Below, piece by piece: positions 10,976 through 20,623 of a stretch of DNA of 64,000 nucleotides. How positions within the stretch are numbered: position 1 is the stretch's first letter; each line of letters starts with the position of its first letter. The translations under genes and the position numbers were made by a program. The stretch is from the NCBI GenBank assembly GCA_964526475.1, contig CAZGKF010000009.1, positions 10,248 through 74,247 of the forward strand, given 5' to 3'. The stretch comes from an uncultured Bacteroidaceae bacterium. GTDB taxonomy: Bacteria; Bacteroidota; Bacteroidia; Bacteroidales; GCA-2748055. The notes under the pieces were generated by a model. That model was not told the origin of the DNA, did not search any database, and saw nothing but the letters and a program-made list of their open reading frames with translations.

Positions 10976-11786
10976 TTCTTTTATAATGTAAATTCAAATC
11001 AGCATTATATTTTTTGGCAGCTTTAAAAGAGCCCCAAATGTTTGCTATATAGAAACTTCCTCCAAGGCCGGCGAAAATCCAACCATTAATGCTCCCGACA
11101 CCCTTTTTATTAAAAGCCCTGTAGGAAGCATAAGTATTTGTTCCAACAAAAAGAAAAGAAACTAATGCATCGCCCCATCTTTTCGAATAGGCTTTCCCGC
11201 TACCTGGAATTATGGTTGACATTAATAATGCCACCCCTGGTTTTTTATATCGTTCGTTTTCAAAGGCAATAGTCAGTTTATGCAATTCGCTGAAATTTTT
11301 TGTAAATAATTCCTTGTTTTTATTGTTGCTACTGAATAAGGAATCTATTGGACCGTTAATCCAGTAGTATGCTGATAAGTAAAAAGCATTTTCCTCAGGG
11401 GATAAAACGGATACAACTTTAAAATACCGGGGATCGGGGTATTTACAATGTAGAGAAAATCTCAAATATTCGCGGCTGTAATCAGGTAATTTGAATATTC
11501 TGTCCTCTTTTGACAGCAAATTAAACGATCGGTTTAATTTCTCACATTGGTTATTCAGACGATAGTTTGCGACAAGCTCAAGCGGTATAATTATATTGCC
11601 AGGCCACAAAAAATTTATCCTTTCATATTCTTCTGATGCAAAGGAATATTGCCCGGATGCGCTTAAATATCTTGCAAACTTTAAGGAATTCTCAAAATTT
11701 ATAAGGTTTTCCTGGGCTTTTAATGGAAGGGTTATACAAATATATGCAATCAGTAAAAAAAAAAACATTTTATTGTACTGGATCAT
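10944..11786 (-). CDS. TPR-like protein with C-terminal membrane segments (paralogue A of a tandem pair)
   Basis: 280 aa; same architecture as 10103-10975, with IIPGSGKAYSKRWGDALVSFLFVGTNTYASY followed by a second TM. Overlaps the YidD-like gene by 17 nt. Confidence 0.45.
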   Translation of the reverse strand: MIQYNKMFFFLLIAYICITLPLKAQENLINFENSLKFARYLSASGQYSFASEEYERINFLWPGNIIIPLELVANYRLNNQCEKLNRSFNLLSKEDRIFKLPDYSREYLRFSLHCKYPDPRYFKVVSVLSPEENAFYLSAYYWINGPIDSLFSSNNKNKELFTKNFSELHKLTIAFENERYKKPGVALLMSTIIPGSGKAYSKRWGDALVSFLFVGTNTYASYRAFNKKGVGSINGWIFAGLGGSFYIANIWGSFKAAKKYNADLNLHYKRNAENIIYNNY

Positions 11787-12180
11787 AAAACCGGTTTTTT
11801 TCTATGTCAAAATGATAATGGGAATGGTTTACTAAGCCGTGACAACGTGATAAACGATCGAAAGTCTGCAGCCATCCCACGACCACACCTTTTTTCCGGA
11901 ATGCCTCCACAGCAAATTCTGAGCAAGAAGGTGTAAATACACAACTCGGTTTATCCTGAGACGAAAATACTTTTTTGTAGATAAAAAAACCTGTTGACAG
12001 AATTATGTCGAATTCACTGCTTGAATCCTCTAACGGGGTGTTATAATTTCGCTCAACTGGATCAGTTTGTTGAAAAAGTGTAAGAAGTTCAGGTTCAATT
12101 TTTGGTTGTGAATAAAGGTATGTTGGTAATAAAAACTGAGGTGCAGAAATCAAAACACAGAATATTATTATTCGATACAT
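11770..12180 (-). CDS. YidD-like (haemolytic domain / DUF37) protein with an N-terminal signal/anchor extension
   Basis: 136 aa; C-terminal half ..CVFTPSCSEFAVEAFRKKGVVVGWLQTFDRLSRCHG..RFYDPV reproduces the YidD Cys motif pattern (C.F.P[ST]CS...RC). It is about twice the length of canonical YidD and is not next to rnpA/yidC. Confidence 0.6.
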   Translation of the reverse strand: MYRIIIFCVLISAPQFLLPTYLYSQPKIEPELLTLFQQTDPVERNYNTPLEDSSSEFDIILSTGFFIYKKVFSSQDKPSCVFTPSCSEFAVEAFRKKGVVVGWLQTFDRLSRCHGLVNHSHYHFDIEKNRFYDPVQ

Positions 12181-12185
12181 TTATG

Positions 12186-12944
12186 TTAAATTTTTGGTAA
12201 TTGACTCTTATACAAATTATTGTCAACCACATTATTGATCCTGATATTTGTGAATTCAGTAAGCTGGTAATTTTCTTTTCCGTTTATATCGTACATAACC
12301 TGAATTATTTGTCCGGGAAACTCAAAAGCACCTATTTTAATGTAATTTTTAAAGAACTGCTGGCTGATTATTTTAGAATCATCCCCAACCATTACAAGAC
12401 TCTCGATCCTGTTGTTTTTTTTTGCAATTACTACGTGGTCCATGAATGAAACTGCCTGATCCGGAATTTCCCAGTATGAAAGCACCAAATCACCTTTTTT
12501 TTCAACTTTCCCAATTTTGTAAATAGAATTTCTCAAACCAAAATCATTCAAACTTGAATTTAGAGCCAAATGGAATACTGTAAATTCATTGATTGAAGGT
12601 ATCGAAGTTCTTTCAACTATATTATTTTCCCTGATTTTATAAAGGTTTGTATCTCTGATTGCCCATTTTTCAATCTCAGGGAAATCAATGTCATAAATAA
12701 GTTCTTTGTAGTTTTTGTCATAAAAAACTTTTCCCCGGGTAAGGTTCATTTTACCATCGCTTTTTTTGACTTTTACAGTAAAATCGGCTTCAATCCTGAA
12801 ATAATCCTGGCAGTATACTTTACCATAAAACAAAAAACAAAATGTAAAAAAGAGAAACAAAGATTTCGGCATTGATATGTATTTTAAACCAAAAAGTAAA
12901 GAGGGACTAATATAAGCAAAAGATGTCAGCAAGTAATGTGACAT
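12186..12944 (-). CDS. Secreted hypothetical protein, possibly a LolA-like beta-sandwich fold (weak)
   Basis: 252-aa ORF. The likely true start is Met25 (12872), giving signal peptide MPKSLFLFFTFCFLFYGKVYC. It is beta-rich and has no motif I can name. Its stop lies 5 nt before the start of the YidD-like gene. Confidence 0.35.
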   Translation of the reverse strand: MSHYLLTSFAYISPSLLFGLKYISMPKSLFLFFTFCFLFYGKVYCQDYFRIEADFTVKVKKSDGKMNLTRGKVFYDKNYKELIYDIDFPEIEKWAIRDTNLYKIRENNIVERTSIPSINEFTVFHLALNSSLNDFGLRNSIYKIGKVEKKGDLVLSYWEIPDQAVSFMDHVVIAKKNNRIESLVMVGDDSKIISQQFFKNYIKIGAFEFPGQIIQVMYDINGKENYQLTEFTNIRINNVVDNNLYKSQLPKI

Positions 12945-13005
12945 CTTTTGCTTTAAAAAAAATATGTTTACTTATAGATTAGTAAGAACTGACCTAAAAT
13001 AATTA

Positions 13006-13500
13006 TTATATTGCGTCTACTGAGGAAACAATCCAGACAACGTAAACAACATACAATGCAACTGAAACTCCTGTGCTAACAAGACATCCGGTAAACGCTT
13101 TTTTAACCTGGGCTTTGTCGTTATCTGTTAAGATATACACCAACAATAAACCTACCCAACCAAGGACACAACCCCATAAAAAAGGAGGAATTCCCATTAA
13201 ATCATCACCATCCTGGTCCATCCCCATTGGAGAGGAACTGCCACTGACATTAATAATTAATTCGCTACCAACTGCTTCCAAATCAGAGTAAGTTACACCT
13301 GCATTCTGATCTAAATACGTTTCGAGTTTATTTAGATCCTGCATGGCTGTCTGCAAGGATTCCATGTCAATATTGAATGCAGATTCGTCAATACTTGGCA
13401 TGTTTGCATTAATAGTCCTGGCAAAAAGACTTTGAGTCTGTGTGAAAAGCATAATAAATGCCAGAAGCATACTGATACTTCTTAAAAAAATTTTTTTCAT
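13006..13500 (-). CDS. Small secreted/membrane-anchored hypothetical protein
   Basis: 164 aa; signal peptide, acidic middle part, two C-terminal TM helices (FLWGCVLGWVGLLLVYIL.., CLVSTGVSVALYVVYVVWIV). Confidence 0.4.
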   Translation of the reverse strand: MKKIFLRSISMLLAFIMLFTQTQSLFARTINANMPSIDESAFNIDMESLQTAMQDLNKLETYLDQNAGVTYSDLEAVGSELIINVSGSSSPMGMDQDGDDLMGIPPFLWGCVLGWVGLLLVYILTDNDKAQVKKAFTGCLVSTGVSVALYVVYVVWIVSSVDAI

Positions 13501-13687
13501 TTTTCGTTAGGATTAAGGTTATTTTCAGGTTTGTTTAGAACAAATTTATTTAAAGTTTTTTAAAAAACAAATTTATTTTTTTTCTATATTCTTTTTTTAT
13601 ATTTTATTTTAATGACTGTATTTTTTCCCGGAACTTTGGACGACCTGTCATTCGGCTTAGAGTTTGCCTTTATGAGAGGGTTTATAT

Positions 13688-16675
13688 TTATTTCTTCACA
13701 TTTTCCAGTAAGGCCTCACGGATCATTTTTCGAAGCTCCAGCTGGCGACTTTCAACAGCCCTGCGGGAGGATGGACGGTAAAACTCCGCGTATCTCGGGC
13801 TGGCCAGCCTGTATTTCATATCGTCAGCGTTTCCGGCTATGTCAACACCCAACCTGATGGGTAAGAACGATTCCACAAGGGAAATATGATAATCAAAACT
13901 CAGATCGAAATTATGACGGCCTGCAACGACTGCTTTATACCTGTCCATCACAATAAGGAAAGGATATACATCTATTTCCTCCCGGAAAATAGTAAACTCA
14001 GCAGAGAGGGAATCTACCCGGTTTTCGGCTTTTTTACTAAACCGCAGGGAACGGGCAATTTCGCTGAAAGTTTCTCCATCCATCAGCACTAAATCTTCAC
14101 CTTTAATGGAAGAAGCCCCCCGGAGAGTTGATTTTTTAACATTATACATTGAATCGAGGTAGGTTTCCACCGCGATATGAAATTCCCCTGAACCCTTAAA
14201 AGAACGGAGCATTGGCATCAAAGTGTCGATATCAGGGATCATCTGCAGCAACCTGCTTATTTCCACATCAAACATGTGATAGTCAAGGCCAAGATAGAGG
14301 TGATTTTTCCGCGGTGTACGGTACATTGCTGTTAACTGCATATCAGCCGCGGGCGTTGTGAAAGTTAATCCGTCCAGAAGGAGTATCCCATCATTGACTC
14401 TTATATCACCTATTATATTGCTGATCGTATCGGGTCCCATACAGGCTTTTTTAACGTCGGCTTTAAGTAACACATCAATTCCCTTTGGCACCATATATGG
14501 CCCGGAGACAGTGTCGGCAGCGTTTTGTTGCGACGGGTTCAGGTTTGCCGTATCTGCCTCTGTCCCGATACCGCTTGTAAGACTCATGATATGAGCAAGA
14601 TCGGTATTTTTTGACTGGAAGCTGAAATCTCCCCTTAAAATGGAATCTCCCCTGAAATATGATAATACATTAGTTAATGAGCCTGTCAGTTCAAAATCAG
14701 ACTGATCAATGATAATGCTACCCTCATGAATATGGAAGTTCTCAGGGTTAAATTCCATTTTTATTTCCGGGATATAAACAGAACCTGAGAGTGCCGGCAT
14801 ATAAACTCTTCCATTACGCATACCAAGAGCGCCATTTGCCAGCCATTGCAGGAAAATATCTTCCTGCGACTGGTCATAAATAATATTTGAGTGGATGGTA
14901 ATGTCGTCAATAACAGCTGAATCCTGTCCCATTTTTGCTCCAAGCTTATAACTTGTATATCCCATCTGAATTTCAGGCTGAAGAGGTACACCAGGAACCG
15001 GTGAAATATTAAAATACCCCAGAGGCTTGGAGATGGCAAAATGCTGACTGTCCATTCCGGCAGTAATGGAATCCATACTGTAGGTACAGAATATATCAGG
15101 AATGAGGCTTGTATCTCTCACGTCCGACATTTCAACATAAATATGGGAGTTCTTAATGGAGGTGCTGAAATCACCGGGTTTTGATACATCAAGGTTTTCG
15201 GATGCAACTGTGACGAAGGCAAAGGATGTGTTTTTGCCGGAAGTTTCCGGATTAGGTAAAGCAAATTCTATTGCAGAGCTGGAGGTTTTTAATGAAATAC
15301 TGTCGTATTCCAGAAAGAAACCCGAGAGTGAGGCAAAACCTGAAATCTTCATCTTTTCCAGAGCAAGATCATTTGCCTGTGAGATAGTAAAATCAGATAC
15401 CAGTTTTCCCTTTATGCTACCATTGATGCTAAGATCCATATCAGCAGGTATAAATGATCTGAATTCATCAACTTCAACATCTGCCTCGGATACCAGTTTG
15501 AGATGAATATCGGAGAAAAGTTCATTGATCTTTCCGCTGGTTTTTAAAACTGAACGGGGAGTACTGGCTTCAAATCGACTTATATTAATATAAGAATCCG
15601 GATTATTGTTCATGTCAACATAAACATGAAAAATCCCGTTCATTTCCCTTAGGGGGAAAGGTAAGTCATCATACAAAAGATATCCCTTGTCCAGAGCAAA
15701 GTTAATATCCAGAACCGGCATAAGCGAATCACTTAATACTCCTGTAATATTCCCAAAGGAAGAAACTACTCCTTTTGCATCAAATGAACCATATTCTGAC
15801 AAAAATACAGGAGGGATAAGCGCCAGGATATTGTTTATCTGCAATGCTTGAGTCTCAAAGTTCAAATCCATAATAAGTCTGCTGAATGCCGTATCATTTT
15901 CTACCGGGCCATTAATTGTGATCCCCGATCCATTTACGGATGCAAAAGCTTTCTTCAGATTAACCAACTGACGGGGTATATTGAATTCAACCGGTATATC
16001 GAGTCTGACCTGAGCTTCATCCAGATATTTTTCCCCTGCGTAATTTAGAGAGACAATAGCGCTATTAAGATCAATATGTCCGTTAACCTGATTACCCCTG
16101 AGGTCACCCGAAATCTTTGCTTTAAGTCCTGTAAAGGAGGTAGTCAACTTTGCAGCGATGTCGGTATAAGAAATATTCAGGTTTTTCAACTCAATACTTC
16201 CAAGGTTTATCAGATTGAACCCTGATCCGGGAGCATCATCCGGTTCAACTTCACTTCCAGTCAGAAACAGATCGTAATTTGAGTGGCCAAGGCTGTCGGT
16301 AAAAATGTTCATTTTTCCATCACTCAGGCTAAGTTTATGGACGATCAGTTCATTGTTTTTCCATAAGGCCCTGACATCCACTGCTCCGACCACTTCGTTT
16401 AATCTCAGGAGTGTATCCGAAGGAAAGCTATCCGTTTTACTGATTACTACAATATTTTTAACGCGGATCCCGAAATCAGGGAAAGTGCTGTAAAAAGTAA
16501 GTTCCACTTCACCGAATTCACTTGGGTATGGAACGATCTTTTCCACCTGGGTACGCAATAAAGGAGTTAATTTTTCGGGGGTGAATATAACCCACATCAG
16601 GATACTAAAGGATAATATAAAGAAAAGTATCAGGGAAAACAGTGTGATAAGGAGAATCTTCAGGAACCTTTTCAT
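13688..16675 (-). CDS. AsmA-family / TamB-like large envelope protein
   Basis: 995 aa; single N-terminal TM anchor (MKRFLKILLITLFSLILFFILSFSILMWVIF) followed by a long beta-rich region. The C-terminal block (..GRHNFDLSFDYHISLVES.LPIRLGVDI.G) is reminiscent of the AsmA C-terminal domain. Confidence 0.65.
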   Translation of the reverse strand: MKRFLKILLITLFSLILFFILSFSILMWVIFTPEKLTPLLRTQVEKIVPYPSEFGEVELTFYSTFPDFGIRVKNIVVISKTDSFPSDTLLRLNEVVGAVDVRALWKNNELIVHKLSLSDGKMNIFTDSLGHSNYDLFLTGSEVEPDDAPGSGFNLINLGSIELKNLNISYTDIAAKLTTSFTGLKAKISGDLRGNQVNGHIDLNSAIVSLNYAGEKYLDEAQVRLDIPVEFNIPRQLVNLKKAFASVNGSGITINGPVENDTAFSRLIMDLNFETQALQINNILALIPPVFLSEYGSFDAKGVVSSFGNITGVLSDSLMPVLDINFALDKGYLLYDDLPFPLREMNGIFHVYVDMNNNPDSYINISRFEASTPRSVLKTSGKINELFSDIHLKLVSEADVEVDEFRSFIPADMDLSINGSIKGKLVSDFTISQANDLALEKMKISGFASLSGFFLEYDSISLKTSSSAIEFALPNPETSGKNTSFAFVTVASENLDVSKPGDFSTSIKNSHIYVEMSDVRDTSLIPDIFCTYSMDSITAGMDSQHFAISKPLGYFNISPVPGVPLQPEIQMGYTSYKLGAKMGQDSAVIDDITIHSNIIYDQSQEDIFLQWLANGALGMRNGRVYMPALSGSVYIPEIKMEFNPENFHIHEGSIIIDQSDFELTGSLTNVLSYFRGDSILRGDFSFQSKNTDLAHIMSLTSGIGTEADTANLNPSQQNAADTVSGPYMVPKGIDVLLKADVKKACMGPDTISNIIGDIRVNDGILLLDGLTFTTPAADMQLTAMYRTPRKNHLYLGLDYHMFDVEISRLLQMIPDIDTLMPMLRSFKGSGEFHIAVETYLDSMYNVKKSTLRGASSIKGEDLVLMDGETFSEIARSLRFSKKAENRVDSLSAEFTIFREEIDVYPFLIVMDRYKAVVAGRHNFDLSFDYHISLVESFLPIRLGVDIAGNADDMKYRLASPRYAEFYRPSSRRAVESRQLELRKMIREALLENVKK

Positions 16676-16710
16676 AACAGAATCCTTATTTGACTATCGG
16701 ATTATATGAT

Positions 16711-17070
16711 TTAGTTTACTTTAATGAAGCTGAAGCTTTTCCCAAAATCATCCTTATATTTCAGGCTTGTTTCGGTGAGTTCCGTAACCGTATATACTTT
16801 AGGCACGGTGGCACCTATTTCGAGAATATGGATATGAGTAAGTACTGTTTTTTGCAATGTCCAGGTAAAATCCTGGGCTTCAGCTTCATTTACATCATCC
16901 CCTTCATCCCAGCTATAGCCGTTCCCGTTTGCAAAATAGCGGTAGTATAAAGTGCCCGATTTCCACTTTCCCTCAAGCAGGGTTTCATCAAATAACTCCT
17001 CCGTTTCGCAGGATGTCATCATTAAAGTGAGCAGGACAGCGGATATAAGAAATATAAAAGACTTTTTCAT
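16711..17070 (-). CDS. Small lipoprotein (lipocalin-like size)
   Basis: The ORF track gives 16711-17085. The likely start is MKKSFIFLISAVLLTLMMTSC (lipobox Cys). The mature part is ~100 aa and beta-rich. Confidence 0.5.
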   Translation of the reverse strand: MKKSFIFLISAVLLTLMMTSCETEELFDETLLEGKWKSGTLYYRYFANGNGYSWDEGDDVNEAEAQDFTWTLQKTVLTHIHILEIGATVPKVYTVTELTETSLKYKDDFGKSFSFIKVN

Positions 17071-17313
17071 ATTGTAAAGAATCATTATGTAATTTTAAGC
17101 TTACTTTTTCCATTTTTATATGACAAATTTAATAAAAAAAGCATATACAATTACATAATTGTGAAAGGTGGAGAGCATGTTGTCAGCATTTAATCCGCCT
17201 TCGCTTTCTTTTTGTGGACTGTACCTTCGCGAAGCTCCTTCTCCGAAGTAAATCTGCGAAGGAGAAGCTACGGCGAAGCAAGTTGCTAAGTTTGGTTTAA
17301 TACCATTTATTAC

Positions 17314-18591
17314 TTACAAACACAAATCATTCATCTTTCCAGGGGTACCTAAGTCTCCTGTATTATAAGCGGAACTGGATATACACCATGACGTTCCTGA
17401 AATTGCATCGGCGGCATTCATTTTATCCGGATTTAATATGATGGATGCACCTGAAGGGGATGGGAAATAATCCGCTCCGTAATTAACGGAAAAGATCAAT
17501 GTTCCTGCCTGCATATCCTTATCTTCATTGTAGATTCCCAGTATAGCACCGTTATTGGGCATTAAAACAGATGTGCCATAAACATAAGAATTGGGAGCAT
17601 CCGTGGCATTTGCAGTCCGTGATAATACATAATAATCGCCTGGCTGTAATTCTATGAAATCCAAGATGGTATGTTTGTTGGTTTCATCTCTTGTTATAAC
17701 CAGGTTTTGAAGGTTTATTGTTTTATCGGAATTATTATAGATCTCAAACCATTCCCCCTCTGAGTCAGAAAGTGCTGCAGGATCGAACATGATTTCCGTG
17801 ATCAGTAATTTACCGTATCCTATTCCGCTATTATCCTGAACGCCTGAGTCATCATTAATTTCGATAACTTCAACCGGTATTTCTGTTGCATCCATAAGTA
17901 ACTCAAAACTGGCATTTCCTTTATCTAATGATGTATTTACGTAAATTTCATAGTGTCTGCCGGGCAGAGGTTCGGCAATTTTACCGGATAATGTCTTGCT
18001 GCTTTCAGATCCGTCGGGATTAAGGTATGTAAGTTCAACCACAATATCAATTGGAGAGGGTTGAAAATATCCTGATCTTGTTTCATCTTTTGTGAACACC
18101 AGCGATCCCAGTTCCGTGGAAACTGTTGCTGAATAATCAGTAAAACTGCTCGTTGTGGCATCGGAATACAAAACAGAAACAACAGTATTTGCCAGTTTGC
18201 AAATTACCTGAACAGAATGCTGCATATTGCTGTTGACAGTAAATACTTCTGATACCCCAAAATAATAGGGATTGTCGAAGGCAGCCGGATGGTTATTGTT
18301 AGAATGTGCTTCCACATAGTAATCGCCTGGCTGAATTTCTATGGATTCCGGCATAGCCGATGCAGTTTCAAATACCATTGCTTCTGAACCATCTGCCCTG
18401 AAAACAATGACCTTAAAATTTTCCGTTTGCTGTGTCGCTTTTAATCCCTTGTTTACCTCATATTCACGAATAACTAACCCAATATCAATAATTAAAATTC
18501 CGTTTTTTTTTGTGGGACTGACCTCCTCTTTATGGCAGGAAACAAAGATGATTGCTATTAAGCTTACGATAATAATAAACAGATTTTTCAT
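17314..18591 (-). CDS. Surface lipoprotein with a DUF4493-like N-terminal region and a C-terminal lamin-tail domain (LTD)
   Basis: 425 aa; lipobox ..IIFVSC; C-terminal LLITEIMFDPAALSDSEGEWFEIYNNSDKTINLQNLVI.. is the LTD signature as I know it. Confidence 0.65.
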   Translation of the reverse strand: MKNLFIIIVSLIAIIFVSCHKEEVSPTKKNGILIIDIGLVIREYEVNKGLKATQQTENFKVIVFRADGSEAMVFETASAMPESIEIQPGDYYVEAHSNNNHPAAFDNPYYFGVSEVFTVNSNMQHSVQVICKLANTVVSVLYSDATTSSFTDYSATVSTELGSLVFTKDETRSGYFQPSPIDIVVELTYLNPDGSESSKTLSGKIAEPLPGRHYEIYVNTSLDKGNASFELLMDATEIPVEVIEINDDSGVQDNSGIGYGKLLITEIMFDPAALSDSEGEWFEIYNNSDKTINLQNLVITRDETNKHTILDFIELQPGDYYVLSRTANATDAPNSYVYGTSVLMPNNGAILGIYNEDKDMQAGTLIFSVNYGADYFPSPSGASIILNPDKMNAADAISGTSWCISSSAYNTGDLGTPGKMNDLCL

Positions 18592-18767
18592 GAGTATAAA
18601 TTTTTGGTTAATAAATAGAAAATGTTTTTACTGCTTAATTTGAAAAAAATGAGGAAAATCAGCGTGGGAAAAAATCTTTTTTAGAATAAAGTGCACCAGC
18701 AATTTGCAGTGCAGTCAATACCTGACTAATATCACCTTTGCTCCATCCAATCATTTAACAGAGCTAA

Positions 18768-18892
18768 GGGCTAATAGTGAACGGGTTCTATTTCACACCA
18801 TAGCCGATGGTAATCGGTAATGCTAAATTAGAGCAATGGGTTAATAGCGAACAGGTTCTGTTTCATATCGTAGTCAATGGTATTCGGTAATC
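18768..18892. repeat. Two degenerate tandem copies (70-nt period, ~55 nt aligned, roughly 80 percent identity by eye)
   Basis: GGGCTAATAGTGAACGGGTTCTATTTCACACCATAGCCGATGGTAATCGGTAATG (18768-18822) versus GGGTTAATAGCGAACAGGTTCTGTTTCATATCGTAGTCAATGGTATTCGGTAATC (18838-18892). Both lie in an ~880-nt ORF-poor interval. Confidence 0.6.
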
Positions 18893-19475
18893 GGTGAGGC
18901 AATAACTCTACTATGGTTTTCTGTCTTCTGCATTCTTCATTCTGAATTATGACTTGAGTATTCTGCATTCTTTTAATATTCTTCCATTAAATTAATGAAA
19001 TATCTGATTTTTTTTAATTCACAACGGGCAAGATACATTGAACCCCTATCCGGGGTTCCGGTTAAAACCCGCAACATACAATTGTTCAATCCTTTCAGGA
19101 TTATTATTGACATTGGCTATGGAGGTAGGTTAATTAAGGATAGTGACACTGAAAGACTGGACAAATACGGAGGGTTGGCAAGGTGAAAAAAAGTTGGCAG
19201 AGGGCAGTTGGCAGAAGATAATTAGTTAACATCCAGCCGTCCAGTTAAAAAGGGTAATTAAAACAAAAAAAATGTGTGTTACTATCTGAATAATATATTA
19301 CATTCTGGCAATTATATTTTTTTCCAGGTCTGAAAAATACCAACGGTCAAGTGTATGTTACAGGAGGGAATTTGAAATGCTTGATTTTAATTTACTGAAT
19401 TGTTTATACAAAGCAAGTTATAAAATTCCATGGAATGCCCGCCTGGAATATACACTTTATTGTGCACTGGCATTC

Positions 19476-20591
19476 TTATGTTTTTACAAATTCTCTAAAG
19501 TTACTTCTATCAATTACAATTCCTTCAGCTTTGTAATTTTTGATGAAATTCTGAGGAAATTTAGTTTTTTTAGTATTCCATTTAAATTCAAATCCTACAA
19601 TTTGTCCATTGCTTTCTTCAACAAAATCAATTTCTTGTTGCTGTTTTGTTCTCCAAAAATGCATTTTAGCGAATGTGTCTTTATAGAGGTTTTGCTTCCT
19701 TCTTTCTGATATCAAGAAATTCTCCCATAAAGATCCTTTGTCTACTCTTAAATCCAATTGGTTAAAATTTCCGATAATCATATTTCGGATACCATTGTCA
19801 TAGAAATAAATTTTTCTATTCTGCTTTATTTCATTTCTTATGTTTCGGCTAAAACTGTTCAATCTGAAAACAATATACCCTTTTTCAAGGATGTCTATAT
19901 ACTTCTGGACTGTAATTTTATTAATCCCAATCAGCCCGGATAATTCATTGTAATTTACCTCGCTCCCCATCTGCAAAGCTAATGCCTGCAACAACTTTTC
20001 AAGAACTTCTGGTTTTCTAATATCCGAAAAAGCTAAAATATCGCGATATAAGTAGCTATTTACTAAGTTCTTTAATGTCTCTCGTTCTTTACCTTGATTA
20101 TTAATAACCTCGGGATAAAGTCCATATAATAATCTGTTTTCTATTTGCTGTTCAGATTTTATAAATCCAATTTTATTTTCATATTCTTCCCATGAAATAG
20201 GGAACAATTCGTATTCCCATTTTCTGCCTGTCAAAGGTTCATTCAGTTCGTTTCCTAAATCAAATGACGAAGAGCCACTTACAAATAATTGAACATCTTT
20301 GAATTGGTCGGTAATAAGTTTTAAAGTCAAACCGATTCCCGGTATTCTCTGTGCCTCGTCCAGGAAAATATATTTATATTCGCCGATAAAAGTTCTGATT
20401 TGCTCCGTTGTTGGGCTTTGCAAAAGGCTTCTTGTTGAAGGGTCATCAGCATCGAGAAATAAATAGTCCTTATCTTTAAGAATCTCTTTAAGTAAGGTTG
20501 TTTTCCCAACTTGTCGTGCACCTACAACAACGATAGCCTTTCCTCCATCAATTTTTTCTTTTATCGTATTTTCAATTGTTCTATCAAACAT
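19476..20591 (-). CDS. AAA+ ATPase with C-terminal DUF4143 domain
   Basis: 371 aa; Walker A VVVGARQVGKTTLLKEIL, Walker B YIFLDEAQ, then the DUF4143-type C-terminal region (..YFYDNGIRN..). Confidence 0.8.
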   Translation of the reverse strand: MFDRTIENTIKEKIDGGKAIVVVGARQVGKTTLLKEILKDKDYLFLDADDPSTRSLLQSPTTEQIRTFIGEYKYIFLDEAQRIPGIGLTLKLITDQFKDVQLFVSGSSSFDLGNELNEPLTGRKWEYELFPISWEEYENKIGFIKSEQQIENRLLYGLYPEVINNQGKERETLKNLVNSYLYRDILAFSDIRKPEVLEKLLQALALQMGSEVNYNELSGLIGINKITVQKYIDILEKGYIVFRLNSFSRNIRNEIKQNRKIYFYDNGIRNMIIGNFNQLDLRVDKGSLWENFLISERRKQNLYKDTFAKMHFWRTKQQQEIDFVEESNGQIVGFEFKWNTKKTKFPQNFIKNYKAEGIVIDRSNFREFVKT

Positions 20592-20623
20592 TTTTTTATT
20601 TCAAAGATACAATTAAATATCGT

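Noticed and set aside
18768-18892. Small RNA gene or CRISPR-like repeat pair
   Set aside because: There are only two copies, at about 80 percent identity. The small stems present in copy 1 (GTGAA..TTCAC, CCGAT..ATCGG) are destroyed in copy 2, which argues against a conserved structure.
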